DNA of 63,820 nt from an uncultured Clostridia bacterium (GTDB lineage: Bacteria > Bacillota > Clostridia > Christensenellales > Borkfalkiaceae). A program made the position numbers and the translations under genes. Below are positions 54,516-63,096 of the stretch, one piece after another (positions within the stretch are counted from its first letter, which is position 1; the number at the start of each line of letters is the position of its first letter). Location of the stretch: the NCBI GenBank assembly GCA_947245485.1, contig CAMXOH010000001.1, positions 1 to 63,820 of the forward strand, given 5' to 3'. The notes beneath the pieces are model-generated. The model saw nothing but the letters and a program-made list of their open reading frames with translations. It searched no databases and was not told the DNA's origin.

Positions 54516-57500
54516 TTACAGTTGCTCGCCGACATACTCCGACGAAACGTATTTCGCCTGGTCCGTCTTACCTATACCGATAAATCCGCCCACTTGGGTC
54601 AATGCACCTTTATCCACAGTGCCGCTATTTGCTTTAATCCCTGTAAAAGCAATATCGTATTTACATCCCGAACCGTTTAACCCGACAACCTGTCCTATGC
54701 GCGGTTGAAAATTTTTATCGCTTGTTGCACCGCCGACGTATGCAATTTTTCCGTAATTGACGGTACCTTCTATTTTAGCGCCGCTTCCCTGTTTACCGGC
54801 GATGCCGCCGGCGTTAGGTATACCGCCTGATTCACATTGCACTTCGCCCCTATTGACGCAATAGCTTATAACACCCTGATAATTCATTCCGGCTATACCG
54901 CCTAAGATATTAGGACCTTTAACTGTTCCGTAATTTCTGGAACCGTTTATTTGCCCTTGGTTAAAACCTGCAATTCCTCCGATGGTACCGTTTCCGCAAA
55001 TTTCGGCTCTGTTCGTACAATTATTAATGTTCCCGTAAACCATATTAAAGCCGACAATTCCACCTATAAGTATATTTGGCGCATTACCAACCGTAACTTT
55101 GCCGGAAATAATTTCGCAACTCTCTATTGTTCCGCCGTTATTTGCACCCGCCACAATACCGACGTTAACAGTATCAGATATTATTGTAGACGCATTTATA
55201 CTTACATTTGAAAAATTTAACCTGCTGACTTTGCCGTTTTTTAACGAACCGAATAAACCGTAACCCGCATTTTTATCAACATTAATTTTTAATCCGATGA
55301 TTGTATAGTAATTTCCCTCCAACGTCCCGGCAAAAGGCTTTGGAATAGGGGTCCAACTTCCTTCTAATGTAATATCATTTGTAAGTTCATAATATCCGTA
55401 AATATAATTGTCAGATACCGCAGCGACGCCGTATCTTAAATTATACAGATTACGTGAGTTTGAAATTAAATACGGTTTTTCATACGAACCGTCGCCTTTT
55501 CCAAAATACATATTACCCTCAAACTCGGAAGTTATAGATATATATTGTTTTGAACTATCGTTTTTGTCATAGATAGTTGCTTTTCCGCTGTTATTTACAA
55601 TACTTATTTTTTTTATGATTATTTTAAAATTAACTAATGAAGAATAATTTGTATCAACAATATTTCTTATATTAATATTACCCGCAGCAAAAGAGCCGTT
55701 ATGAATTCCCGAATAATCATTAGTTGCGTCGGGATAATCGATTATATACTCGATTTCTGCTCTATCCGTATTGATATTGCTGATTTTGCTATATTGAATA
55801 CCGTATTCGTTTTGATTACTATAAAAATCAAAGTTTATTTTTTCTATGTCCGATAATACGCTTATATAAAGAGAAATAATATGTCTGTCAATGGCAACTT
55901 GCAAAATAAGTTTGTTTTCGCCTTTAATGTTTGTCAAACTGCACGCAGACTGTATCGTTACTGTATAATTATTATAGCTCCAATTATTTGTATTGCCTGC
56001 CCTGTAAACCAAGTCATCTATGTATTCATCTCCTAATTTAAGTCTTACGCTTACAGATGAGCCGCGGCGCACTGCTATTTCGCTATTGTTAACATAACTC
56101 ACATTAGGCAGCTCAATATCCTTTGAAAGAACCTTACCGTTAATTTCCCAATGTTCCGCACTTTTATACGGATACATTATAAATTCTAACGAGCCTGTCC
56201 CGCTAAAACCAAAAGATACTTCTTGAGCATTTGTAATATCGACAATAAAATATGATGCGTTTCTGTTATTGCTTGTAATATGCCCGTAAGTAACCTCTGA
56301 CGAGCACTCACGATAGTGTACTCCGTTACTTGTCTTATATTCAAAGATATACTGTCCGGATGCAAGCGAGTATTTATAATATACCTCCGAATTATTCAAA
56401 GAAGCCGATTCTTTATTGTTGACGGAAGCGGTTGCCGGATTTGCTTGCGTCATTGAAATAACCGCGTTATTACTCGTCGTATTCTCAAACAATATATAAT
56501 ATCGCTCGCCGGCTTCAAAGTTATAATAACACTCGCCTGTCGTCGTCCGCTTTAAATATAGTAAATTACTGTTAAGCACACTGACCGAAACCAATGAGTT
56601 GCCCGAAGCAATCTTTTTAACGCCGTCAACGTTCGGCACATACGAAACGATATACTTTTCGTTTGCCTTTATCGAAAGCGTAGCCGTATCAAAACCTTTT
56701 AATGCGCACGTTAATTGAGAACCGACGTACCTATTAGCAGTTTTGTTTTTAATTAAGATATGATATGCGGTTTCCCCCGTAAGATAAGCCGAATACAAAT
56801 TGCCCTGACTTGCAACGTCGATATTTTCCGCAAAGGATAAAGCCAAATTCTCATACAAGTTGAAATTATATGTACCGGAATAATCGGGAGTAAAGGTTAC
56901 TTGCTGATTACCGTAAGGTAATAAATATAAAGGAACTGTACTGTTTTCAAAATCATTTGCCGGAATATTAAAGTGCGGATATTTGTCATCAAACAGTATT
57001 CTTTCTTTGCAGAATGCAAAGGCGCTATTATTGGCAGAACCTGTAACATACTCCATCGAACTAAATTGCGAGTCCCTTTTAACAATATCGAATTCGCAAA
57101 TTTGCGTTAAACGACTTTTATAGTTCGTATCGTTCAATACGGTTATAAATTCTGCATAAGAGTTGTTTGCTTCGGATAAAACTATTTCTTCTATAGGCGC
57201 AAATCCAACAACTCGTGAATAGCCGTCCAAATTAACGTTATCACGCTGTGCAGTTTTAGACATTTTTGTGTTAATGTTTACTTCGTTATCTGTTAAAATA
57301 GTCTGCTCTTTCCCTTGTTCATAAAAATCCATGCCAAGTTCAACGCTATCTTTTATTAAACCGAGTATTTTACCCCCGGCACTAAAAGTTAATTCATCAA
57401 GTATTGCACAACCGAAATTAAACAATTGATTTGCTGTAAATTCTGCCAATATTCTATCAAAGTCCGCTTCGGTTGCATATGAAATTTTACCGTAGTTTGC

Positions 57501-58133
57501 ACGGCTTTGAGCAATGATTAAACCGTCGTCATAGTACTTTGAATATCCCTTATCGCCGTAATTCAAAGCATTCTCATTTTGTAGCGCAGTTAAAAATCTT
57601 GGATTTGAAACATAGTAACTATACCTTGCGCCGTCATATTTTTTCCATACAAAACTGCCGTTTTCCGTACTGCGCAAAAAACTCTGTTGCAATAAAGGTT
57701 TTATTTTTATTTTGTATTCCAAATCAGAGGGGGTTTTATCTTCGAACTCATATACAAAATCAATTAAAAGCAGGTCGAAATAATCGCCTTCTTTAACCAT
57801 ATAAAAGCCGTATTCTTTCCCGTTATAGGAATATGTGGCGTTTGCTTCGGCTGTTTCAAGATATTGGCGGGGAATAACCTGTGCAAGTTCGGGGAAAGAA
57901 GTACCTGAATTTGCTGCTTTTACTTCATTAGAAAAAGTTTGAATATTTTTGTTTGATTCACTTCCGTCATCGTTAACCAATACGTCGCTTTCCGTGTACT
58001 TTTCATCCGATAAATACTTGGTACTATCTGCATAAACGGACACATTAGTTGTAACTCCCATAAATACAAATACGCTCATGAGAATAATCATAGCAAAAAG
58101 CGTGTATAATAAAGATTTTTTCATTGTCAACAT
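54516..58133 (-). CDS. 1205-aa secreted protein with C-terminal GLUG-motif repeats
   Basis: Signal peptide MKKSLLYTLFAMIILMSVFVFMG...VYA. The C-terminal about 300 aa holds repeated units: GLFGSLKNG, VGIVAGANNGG, IGGIVGFN, IGGIAGFNQG, LGGIAGMNYQG, AGGIAGKQG. AGGAGG RBS. No LPXTG was seen. Confidence 0.85.
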   Translation of the reverse strand: MLTMKKSLLYTLFAMIILMSVFVFMGVTTNVSVYADSTKYLSDEKYTESDVLVNDDGSESNKNIQTFSNEVKAANSGTSFPELAQVIPRQYLETAEANATYSYNGKEYGFYMVKEGDYFDLLLIDFVYEFEDKTPSDLEYKIKIKPLLQQSFLRSTENGSFVWKKYDGARYSYYVSNPRFLTALQNENALNYGDKGYSKYYDDGLIIAQSRANYGKISYATEADFDRILAEFTANQLFNFGCAILDELTFSAGGKILGLIKDSVELGMDFYEQGKEQTILTDNEVNINTKMSKTAQRDNVNLDGYSRVVGFAPIEEIVLSEANNSYAEFITVLNDTNYKSRLTQICEFDIVKRDSQFSSMEYVTGSANNSAFAFCKERILFDDKYPHFNIPANDFENSTVPLYLLPYGNQQVTFTPDYSGTYNFNLYENLALSFAENIDVASQGNLYSAYLTGETAYHILIKNKTANRYVGSQLTCALKGFDTATLSIKANEKYIVSYVPNVDGVKKIASGNSLVSVSVLNSNLLYLKRTTTGECYYNFEAGERYYILFENTTSNNAVISMTQANPATASVNNKESASLNNSEVYYKYSLASGQYIFEYKTSNGVHYRECSSEVTYGHITSNNRNASYFIVDITNAQEVSFGFSGTGSLEFIMYPYKSAEHWEINGKVLSKDIELPNVSYVNNSEIAVRRGSSVSVRLKLGDEYIDDLVYRAGNTNNWSYNNYTVTIQSACSLTNIKGENKLILQVAIDRHIISLYISVLSDIEKINFDFYSNQNEYGIQYSKISNINTDRAEIEYIIDYPDATNDYSGIHNGSFAAGNINIRNIVDTNYSSLVNFKIIIKKISIVNNSGKATIYDKNDSSKQYISITSEFEGNMYFGKGDGSYEKPYLISNSRNLYNLRYGVAAVSDNYIYGYYELTNDITLEGSWTPIPKPFAGTLEGNYYTIIGLKINVDKNAGYGLFGSLKNGKVSRLNFSNVSINASTIISDTVNVGIVAGANNGGTIESCEIISGKVTVGNAPNILIGGIVGFNMVYGNINNCTNRAEICGNGTIGGIAGFNQGQINGSRNYGTVKGPNILGGIAGMNYQGVISYCVNRGEVQCESGGIPNAGGIAGKQGSGAKIEGTVNYGKIAYVGGATSDKNFQPRIGQVVGLNGSGCKYDIAFTGIKANSGTVDKGALTQVGGFIGIGKTDQAKYVSSEYVGEQL

Positions 58134-58152
58134 ATAATTCCTCCTTTTATAT

Positions 58153-58608
58153 TTAAATTACATTAATAAATAAATATATTGACCTAAAATTCCATAAATC
58201 AGATGTCGAATCTGCATATATGGAGATACAATACTCACCTTTCTCTTTTACCGTTCCGGAATAGGATGCATTTAAGCCTCCCGGTTCGCAATACGTCATT
58301 GTTTTCCCAAACACGTTTGCGCCTTCACCGCTCGGACTAATCCAATCTTCAGACCAACGCGGGTGGTCGGGTAAATTGAATGTGTCAACATAATAAGTAC
58401 GCTCAACTCCGTCGTATGGAATTTCAATATGCAATTCTTCCGTACCGACGGGAAATTCATAAATCTCTCCGTCACTGCAACCGATACGAATTGCCACGTC
58501 ATACTTTTTTTCCTGACCCTCTTCGCAACCGGCAAACGCAAAGCAAATTACACTTACCATTAAAGCACATAAAACTACTACTAAAAATTTCTTACTGTTC
58601 TTTACCAT
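58153..58608 (-). CDS. Small lipoprotein of unknown function
   Basis: 151 aa with lipobox FAGC. It lies immediately upstream of the GLUG-protein gene on the same strand. Confidence 0.75.
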   Translation of the reverse strand: MVKNSKKFLVVVLCALMVSVICFAFAGCEEGQEKKYDVAIRIGCSDGEIYEFPVGTEELHIEIPYDGVERTYYVDTFNLPDHPRWSEDWISPSGEGANVFGKTMTYCEPGGLNASYSGTVKEKGEYCISIYADSTSDLWNFRSIYLFINVI

Positions 58609-58749
58609 TTCTATTATTCTCCTAATAAATCATTAATTGTACGCAAAAATCATCTTTTAATTTATGTAGTTCGGACTATATCCTTCTTTTCTATTTTCAT
58701 AAGATTAATTCTTTTATAATAAAATTCGTATAAATCACTTGTCCGTTAA

Positions 58750-58794
58750 AAATAAAAAAAGCGCAATAATAAACATTAACATTCATTTGCGCTT
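58750..58794 (-). terminator. Leader terminator (attenuator) upstream of the lipoprotein/GLUG operon
   Basis: Minus strand: AAGCGCAA (58794-58787), 20-nt loop, TTGCGCTT (58766-58759), then TTTTTTTATTTTT. Confidence 0.5.
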
Positions 58795-58815
58795 AATAAT
58801 ATTATATTCGTACAT
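58783..58815 (-). CDS. 10-codon leader ORF MYEYNIIKRK
   Basis: AAGGAGGG (58831-58824), 8 nt, ATG at 58815, stop TGA at 58785-58783. The last three codons form the 5-prime arm of the terminator stem. Confidence 0.35.
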   Translation of the reverse strand: MYEYNIIKRK

Positions 58816-58909
58816 CGGAGTAACCCTCCTTATTCATTTTGTAAAATTTTTAAAATCTTTTTATTCCCAATTTTATTCCTTCGACAAAATTAATTTATTT
58901 GTTGAATAT

Positions 58910-58938
58910 ATTTTACCATAATTTTCCTGTTATGTCAA
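58910..58938 (-). promoter_or_regulatory. Near-consensus promoter for the leader and lipoprotein/GLUG operon
   Basis: Minus strand: TTGACA (58933-58938), 17 nt, TAAAAT (58910-58915), preceded by TGG (extended -10). Confidence 0.55.
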
Positions 58939-58979
58939 TACCGCCTAAAAATTTAAACCAATAAATGTTGTTTTAGTAC

Positions 58980-59017
58980 AATCTGATTGCAACATATCGT
59001 TGCAGTCAGATTTTTTT
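58980..59017 (+). terminator. Orphan plus-strand rho-independent terminator
   Basis: 14-bp stem AATCTGATTGCAAC / GTTGCAGTCAGATT (one G-U pair), 5-nt loop, T7. No credible plus-strand gene lies upstream. Confidence 0.6.
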
Positions 59018-59261
59018 ATGCCGTGAGTGTCGGCATTGTAGGCATTCCCCCTTTGTGTATTAGACGGTTTAAGACACACAAAAAAGCCACAAACAAGCTG
59101 TCCGGATTGTTCAGTAAAACCAAAGAGTGTGAACGTCGTCACGTATCAGCGAAGGCGTAGTCAATTCTGATGAAAAGGCTTTCCGTCTTTTATTTTGATA
59201 CATTCGCCTTAGGGCGTTGTAAATAAATATTTTAAATGGCGTAAAGCCAAAAGGAGCAGTT

Positions 59262-59900
59262 ATGCAAGTTCAATTATTTAAGAAGGTAGGCACTTATTCA
59301 AACGAACGATTAAATCAAGTTGTAACACTTAAAGATAGTGATAAAATGACGTATGTTAGTCCTGGATTGGGTTCGCCGTATTTAGAATGGAATAGAATTT
59401 TGTCTGCCGAAGATTTTATTAAAACAGCGGAAAGTCAAGGTGTTAAAATAAATGCTTCTGTACGTGAAAATGTATTAAAAAGTCAATGGGTGTTTACTTA
59501 TCTTGAAACGGAAAGAACGGAAGATAAATACGGCTCTTCTATGACGGGCGGGGTGCATCACATTGATAACTATTCTGACGTGTACGATGTGGGTTTACTT
59601 CGTTTACATTTTCAAGATACAAGCGGTAAGCATTATGATTTAGGTGTTGTTAATGACCTAACAGACCCTGATAATATTGCTGGTGGTGGAACTGAAACTG
59701 ATTTGCTTAAAGCTTTTGGGGAGTTTTGGGAAATGTTTGTAAAGGCTATTGGGTTAATTTTATTTGTAGTTTTACTTTGTGTGCTTATTAATTTTATTAA
59801 GCCTGTTAAGGATATTTTTAAATCTGTTTTTAAAGCTATAAAATTTGTTATTTCTGCGCCGTTTAAATTGCTAAAAAGCATATTTAAAAAAGGCGGTTAA
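59262..59900 (+). CDS. Tail-anchored protein of unknown function (212 aa)
   Basis: AAGGAG RBS. A soluble N-terminal part of about 150 aa, one TM helix (IGLILFVVLLCVLINFI), then a basic amphipathic tail. Confidence 0.75.
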   Translation: MQVQLFKKVGTYSNERLNQVVTLKDSDKMTYVSPGLGSPYLEWNRILSAEDFIKTAESQGVKINASVRENVLKSQWVFTYLETERTEDKYGSSMTGGVHHIDNYSDVYDVGLLRLHFQDTSGKHYDLGVVNDLTDPDNIAGGGTETDLLKAFGEFWEMFVKAIGLILFVVLLCVLINFIKPVKDIFKSVFKAIKFVISAPFKLLKSIFKKGG

Positions 59901-59915
59901 TACCGCCTTTTAAGT
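59890..59915 (+). terminator. Terminator of the 212-aa gene
   Basis: AAGGCGGT / ACCGCCTT with the stop codon in the loop, followed by TTTTAAG. Confidence 0.7.
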
Positions 59916-59998
59916 GTTTAATATTTACTACAAATTATGCAACCGAGAATACTTTCGTACACTCAATTCTTTATTTGCTATAAAGTTTTATTCGGTTG

Positions 59999-60160
59999 TT
60001 ATGCTTTTTCCGATATGATTTTCAGTATTGTGATTTTACCGTCCTTGATTTCTATTTGCAATTTCAATTTGCATTTCGGGCAAAGTATTTCTACGTTTGA
60101 GCCGTCGCCCAACTTAAATAATTTATACCCGCATTCGGGGCATACAACGTAGTTTGTCAT
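59999..60160 (-). CDS. Unlisted 53-aa zinc-ribbon protein (CPECG...CPKCK), resembling the Cys-rich KTR type
   Basis: Hand-translated as MTNYVVCPECGYKLFKLGDGSNVEILCPKCKLKLQIEIKDGKITILKIISEKA. Its ATG overlaps the stop of the upstream membrane gene (ATGA). It is below the ORF-track size cut-off. Confidence 0.6.
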   Translation of the reverse strand: MTNYVVCPECGYKLFKLGDGSNVEILCPKCKLKLQIEIKDGKITILKIISEKA

Positions 60161-60660
60161 AGGTTTTCCTTTGCTTGCGATTTTTTCTTGTCAGAAACTA
60201 TCGTAACTATTAAAAAAATCATTATTGTTATAAATGCAAACAAAATGAAAATATCTAAAAAAATGTGATATGTGTCTTTGACTAACGTATTTTGCGATGC
60301 GGCTATAATATGGTGTGTGTCGGCGAATGTTTTGTTATAAGCGGCTATATTTTCGCCCGTTTTAAAATAAGTAGTAAACTGAAATACTCCCCAAAAAAAT
60401 AAAAATGCCGACAAAAAATAGTTTCCCATTGTATCTTTTAGAATAAAACAAACAATGCTTGCAATGAAAATTAAATAAAATACAAAATCAATCGGTTCAT
60501 CTACAAATGCAGAGACTACTATTTTTGTGTCGCCGATTTTTAGCCCCGTAATGTTAAAAGTAAACCATAATAGCAAAATTCCCAAAAAGGCTAATGCTAT
60601 GATTTTTAATGCTTTTAATTTGCGACTATCATCAAAAATTTTTAACTTTTTGAATTTCAT
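60157..60660 (-). CDS. 4-5-TM membrane protein of unknown function
   Basis: 167-aa hydrophobic ORF. 4-nt overlap with the TetR gene. Confidence 0.75.
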   Translation of the reverse strand: MKFKKLKIFDDSRKLKALKIIALAFLGILLLWFTFNITGLKIGDTKIVVSAFVDEPIDFVFYLIFIASIVCFILKDTMGNYFLSAFLFFWGVFQFTTYFKTGENIAAYNKTFADTHHIIAASQNTLVKDTYHIFLDIFILFAFITIMIFLIVTIVSDKKKSQAKENL

Positions 60661-61229
60661 AAATTATTTTCCTTTTTAATTACTTGCAGTAAGCCGTTAA
60701 GAACATCCATAAGCATTTTTCCTATTTCCTTATCGTTAAGGCTTACCGTTTTCGTTACTATCATTGTCGCAACCCCGTGCGAAAAAAGCCATAGTCTAAC
60801 ATATAAATCGTTTGCTGCTTTATCGGACAAAACGTAATCGTTTTTTATTAAAGATATAAGATATTCTTTATTTTTGTCCAAATCACTTTCCGCAATAGGC
60901 GTATCTCTTTGCCTTTCAGTCATAAATAGTAACGTAAATAAATGCGGTTGTTCTCTTGCAAAACGAATATAATTCCAACCTGCCGCTTGATATTTTGATA
61001 AGTTAGGGATTTCAGCAAATAAATAGTTGTCGTATTCCTTTATTGCTTCTTGCATAATCGCTTTGCGCAAATTATCCATATTTTCAAATACCCAATAAAC
61101 GGGTTGTATGGAACAATTTAATTGTTTTGCAATGGCTTTTGCCGTTACACTGTCAATACCATTCATTTTAGTCATTTCATACGCCGTACTGACTATCAGT
61201 TCTTTATGTATTTTTGTTTTAGGTGGCAT
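60657..61229 (-). CDS. TetR/AcrR-family transcriptional regulator
   Basis: HTH SVTAKAIAKQLNCSIQPVYWVFEN. AAGGAG lies 8 nt before the ATG at 61229. The ORF-track start at 61265 is upstream of the predicted transcription start. Confidence 0.85.
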   Translation of the reverse strand: MPPKTKIHKELIVSTAYEMTKMNGIDSVTAKAIAKQLNCSIQPVYWVFENMDNLRKAIMQEAIKEYDNYLFAEIPNLSKYQAAGWNYIRFAREQPHLFTLLFMTERQRDTPIAESDLDKNKEYLISLIKNDYVLSDKAANDLYVRLWLFSHGVATMIVTKTVSLNDKEIGKMLMDVLNGLLQVIKKENNL

Positions 61230-61267
61230 AACAAAACTCCTTATATACTTGACATTATATATCATAG

Positions 61268-61296
61268 AGTATATAATAAACTTATTCTTTTGTCAA
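61268..61296 (-). promoter_or_regulatory. Promoter candidate of the TetR operon
   Basis: Minus strand: TTGACA (61291-61296), 17 nt, TATACT (61268-61273). Confidence 0.5.
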
Positions 61297-61316
61297 GCAT
61301 TTTTTGTAATTCGCTT

Positions 61317-61470
61317 GTGCTTACCGTCTGGGGACGGAATACGCCGCCTTGACAAATTATCAAGGGCGGCTATTTATTTCCCGTAGGGCATAAAGCCGCC
61401 GTCGCCTACGGCGCAATCCCTTGACAATTTGCCTGCGGCGGCATTTTTGGCTGGTTAAGACGGTAAGCAC
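61317..61470. repeat. 13-bp perfect inverted repeat bracketing a 128-bp structured segment upstream of the recombinase
   Basis: GTGCTTACCGTCT (61317-61329) / AGACGGTAAGCAC (61458-61470). Inside lie the 28-bp near-palindrome GCCGCCTTGACAAATTATCAAGGGCGGC (61343-61370), the hairpin CCGTAGG/CCTACGG (61381-61411), and a CCTTGACAA direct repeat at 61347 and 61419. Confidence 0.8.
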
Positions 61471-61536
61471 CAAAGCGAACAACAAAATTTTTAAGCCGCA
61501 GTCCGCACACACGCAGACGGCGCAAAGGAGTAAGTT

Positions 61537-63096
61537 ATGAAAAATGCAGTCATTTATGCGAGATTTAGTTCTCACGCACAAAACGAGCAGTCTATTGAAG
61601 GGCAATTAGCCGAGTGCCACGCTTTTGCAGAGCGAAGCGGCTTGCAAATCAGACACGAATACATAGACCGAGCATTAACGGGAACGACGGACAAACGCCC
61701 CGAATTTTTGCGAATGATTGAGGACAGCAAACGGAAAGGCTTTCAGTTTGTCATAGTTTATCAATTAGACCGTTTCGCCCGTAATAGATACGACAGCGCA
61801 ACATATAAAGCCAAGTTAAAGAAGAACGGCGTTCGCGTACTCTCGGCAAAAGAGAATATCACGGACGATGCGAGCGGTATTTTGATTGAGGGTGTTTTAG
61901 AGAGTATGGCGGAATATTATTCTGCCGAGTTAAGCCAAAAGGTCAAACGCGGTATAGCAATGTCGGCGGCAAAATGCAAATACTTCGGCGGTACGGTTGC
62001 GCTCGGTTACAAAATCGACAGCGAAAAAAACTATGTCATAGATGAGGAAACTGCGCCCATCGTTAAGAAAATGTTTGAAATGCTTGCAACGGGCTACACA
62101 TACGCAGATATAGCGCGCTATTTGAACGAGCGCGGAATACCTACCGCAACGGGCGGCAAATGGGGCAAGAACAGTTTTCAATGGCTATTCAGCAACCGCA
62201 AGTATTTAGGCATATACACCTTTCAAGGCACAGAGATAAAAGGCGGCGTTCCGCAGATAATCGACGACGGGCTTTTTGAGGACGTGCAAGCGGTCTTGCG
62301 CAAATATGCCGCCGCACCCTCGCGCGGAAAAGCGGTTGAAGAATACGTTTTGTCGGACAAACTTATATGCGGACTTTGCGGACACAAAATGACAGGCGTA
62401 AGCGGCACGAGCCGAAATAAGACAATGCACAATTACTATAAATGCGTTGGCGCGAAATGCGGCTGTCATAAACGCGCAGTGCGCAAGCAATTTATCGAGG
62501 ACGAGGTGATTAACGCCATAGTCGGTGCAAACGGCGTTTTGACGGACGAATTTATAGATATGGTTGCCGCCGAAACGTATTTACTCATACAAGCCGAACG
62601 CAACGACAGCGAGATAAAACGCATTGAGAGCGTTATAGCGGACAATCAAAACGCAATCAATAACCTTATGCAAGCCCTTATGCGCGGCAAGATTGCCGAC
62701 ACGCTTTTAGCGCAAATCGAAAAGTTAGAGCGCGAAAACGCCGAACTGAACGCGACGATTGAAAGCGAAAAGGCGTTGCAAATCGACTATACATACGACG
62801 ATATTCGCAAGTGGTTACAGCATTTCCGCACGTTGGACTATTCCAAGACGAAAAACCGCAAAGACCTAATCGACACGTTTATTTATCGGGTATTGCTTTA
62901 CGACGACAAAATGAAAGTGCTGTTTAATCTGAAAAGCGGACAAAAGAACGAGTTGCTTTTGAACTTGATATTCCCAGATTACCCCGACAGAAACGGCGGC
63001 GCGGACGAAAACAGCACAAAAGAAAAAGAAACCGCAAAAGCGATTTCTCAATCTGGGTGTTCGTATACCCCTGTTATGGTGCACCAAAGACGATAA
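61537..63096 (+). CDS. Large serine recombinase (resolvase catalytic domain, recombinase domain, zinc ribbon, coiled coil)
   Basis: AVIYARFSSHAQNEQSIEGQ contains the catalytic Ser motif. YQLDRFARN. CGLCGHKMTG...YYKC zinc ribbon. AAGGAG RBS. Confidence 0.92.
   Translation: MKNAVIYARFSSHAQNEQSIEGQLAECHAFAERSGLQIRHEYIDRALTGTTDKRPEFLRMIEDSKRKGFQFVIVYQLDRFARNRYDSATYKAKLKKNGVRVLSAKENITDDASGILIEGVLESMAEYYSAELSQKVKRGIAMSAAKCKYFGGTVALGYKIDSEKNYVIDEETAPIVKKMFEMLATGYTYADIARYLNERGIPTATGGKWGKNSFQWLFSNRKYLGIYTFQGTEIKGGVPQIIDDGLFEDVQAVLRKYAAAPSRGKAVEEYVLSDKLICGLCGHKMTGVSGTSRNKTMHNYYKCVGAKCGCHKRAVRKQFIEDEVINAIVGANGVLTDEFIDMVAAETYLLIQAERNDSEIKRIESVIADNQNAINNLMQALMRGKIADTLLAQIEKLERENAELNATIESEKALQIDYTYDDIRKWLQHFRTLDYSKTKNRKDLIDTFIYRVLLYDDKMKVLFNLKSGQKNELLLNLIFPDYPDRNGGADENSTKEKETAKAISQSGCSYTPVMVHQRR

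Noticed and set aside
58739-59142. 60-aa (+) and 65-aa (-) ORFs in the AT-rich spacer.
   Set aside because: The first has a TTG start, an AT-driven composition and no SD. It also contains the minus-strand promoter, leader ORF and terminator, which explain the region better. The second runs across the orphan terminator hairpin.
61360-61605. 81-aa minus-strand ORF overlapping the recombinase start and the structured region.
   Set aside because: It has no SD, an Arg/Cys-rich low-complexity translation, and overlaps a clearly real gene start. The signal there is DNA/RNA structure, not coding.
63055-63070. GGGTGTTCGTATACCC near the recombinase 3-prime end looked like a tRNA T-arm, which would suggest a tRNA att site.
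   Set aside because: Only a 4-bp stem with an 8-nt loop can form. There is no acceptor or anticodon arm around it, and it lies inside the recombinase coding sequence.
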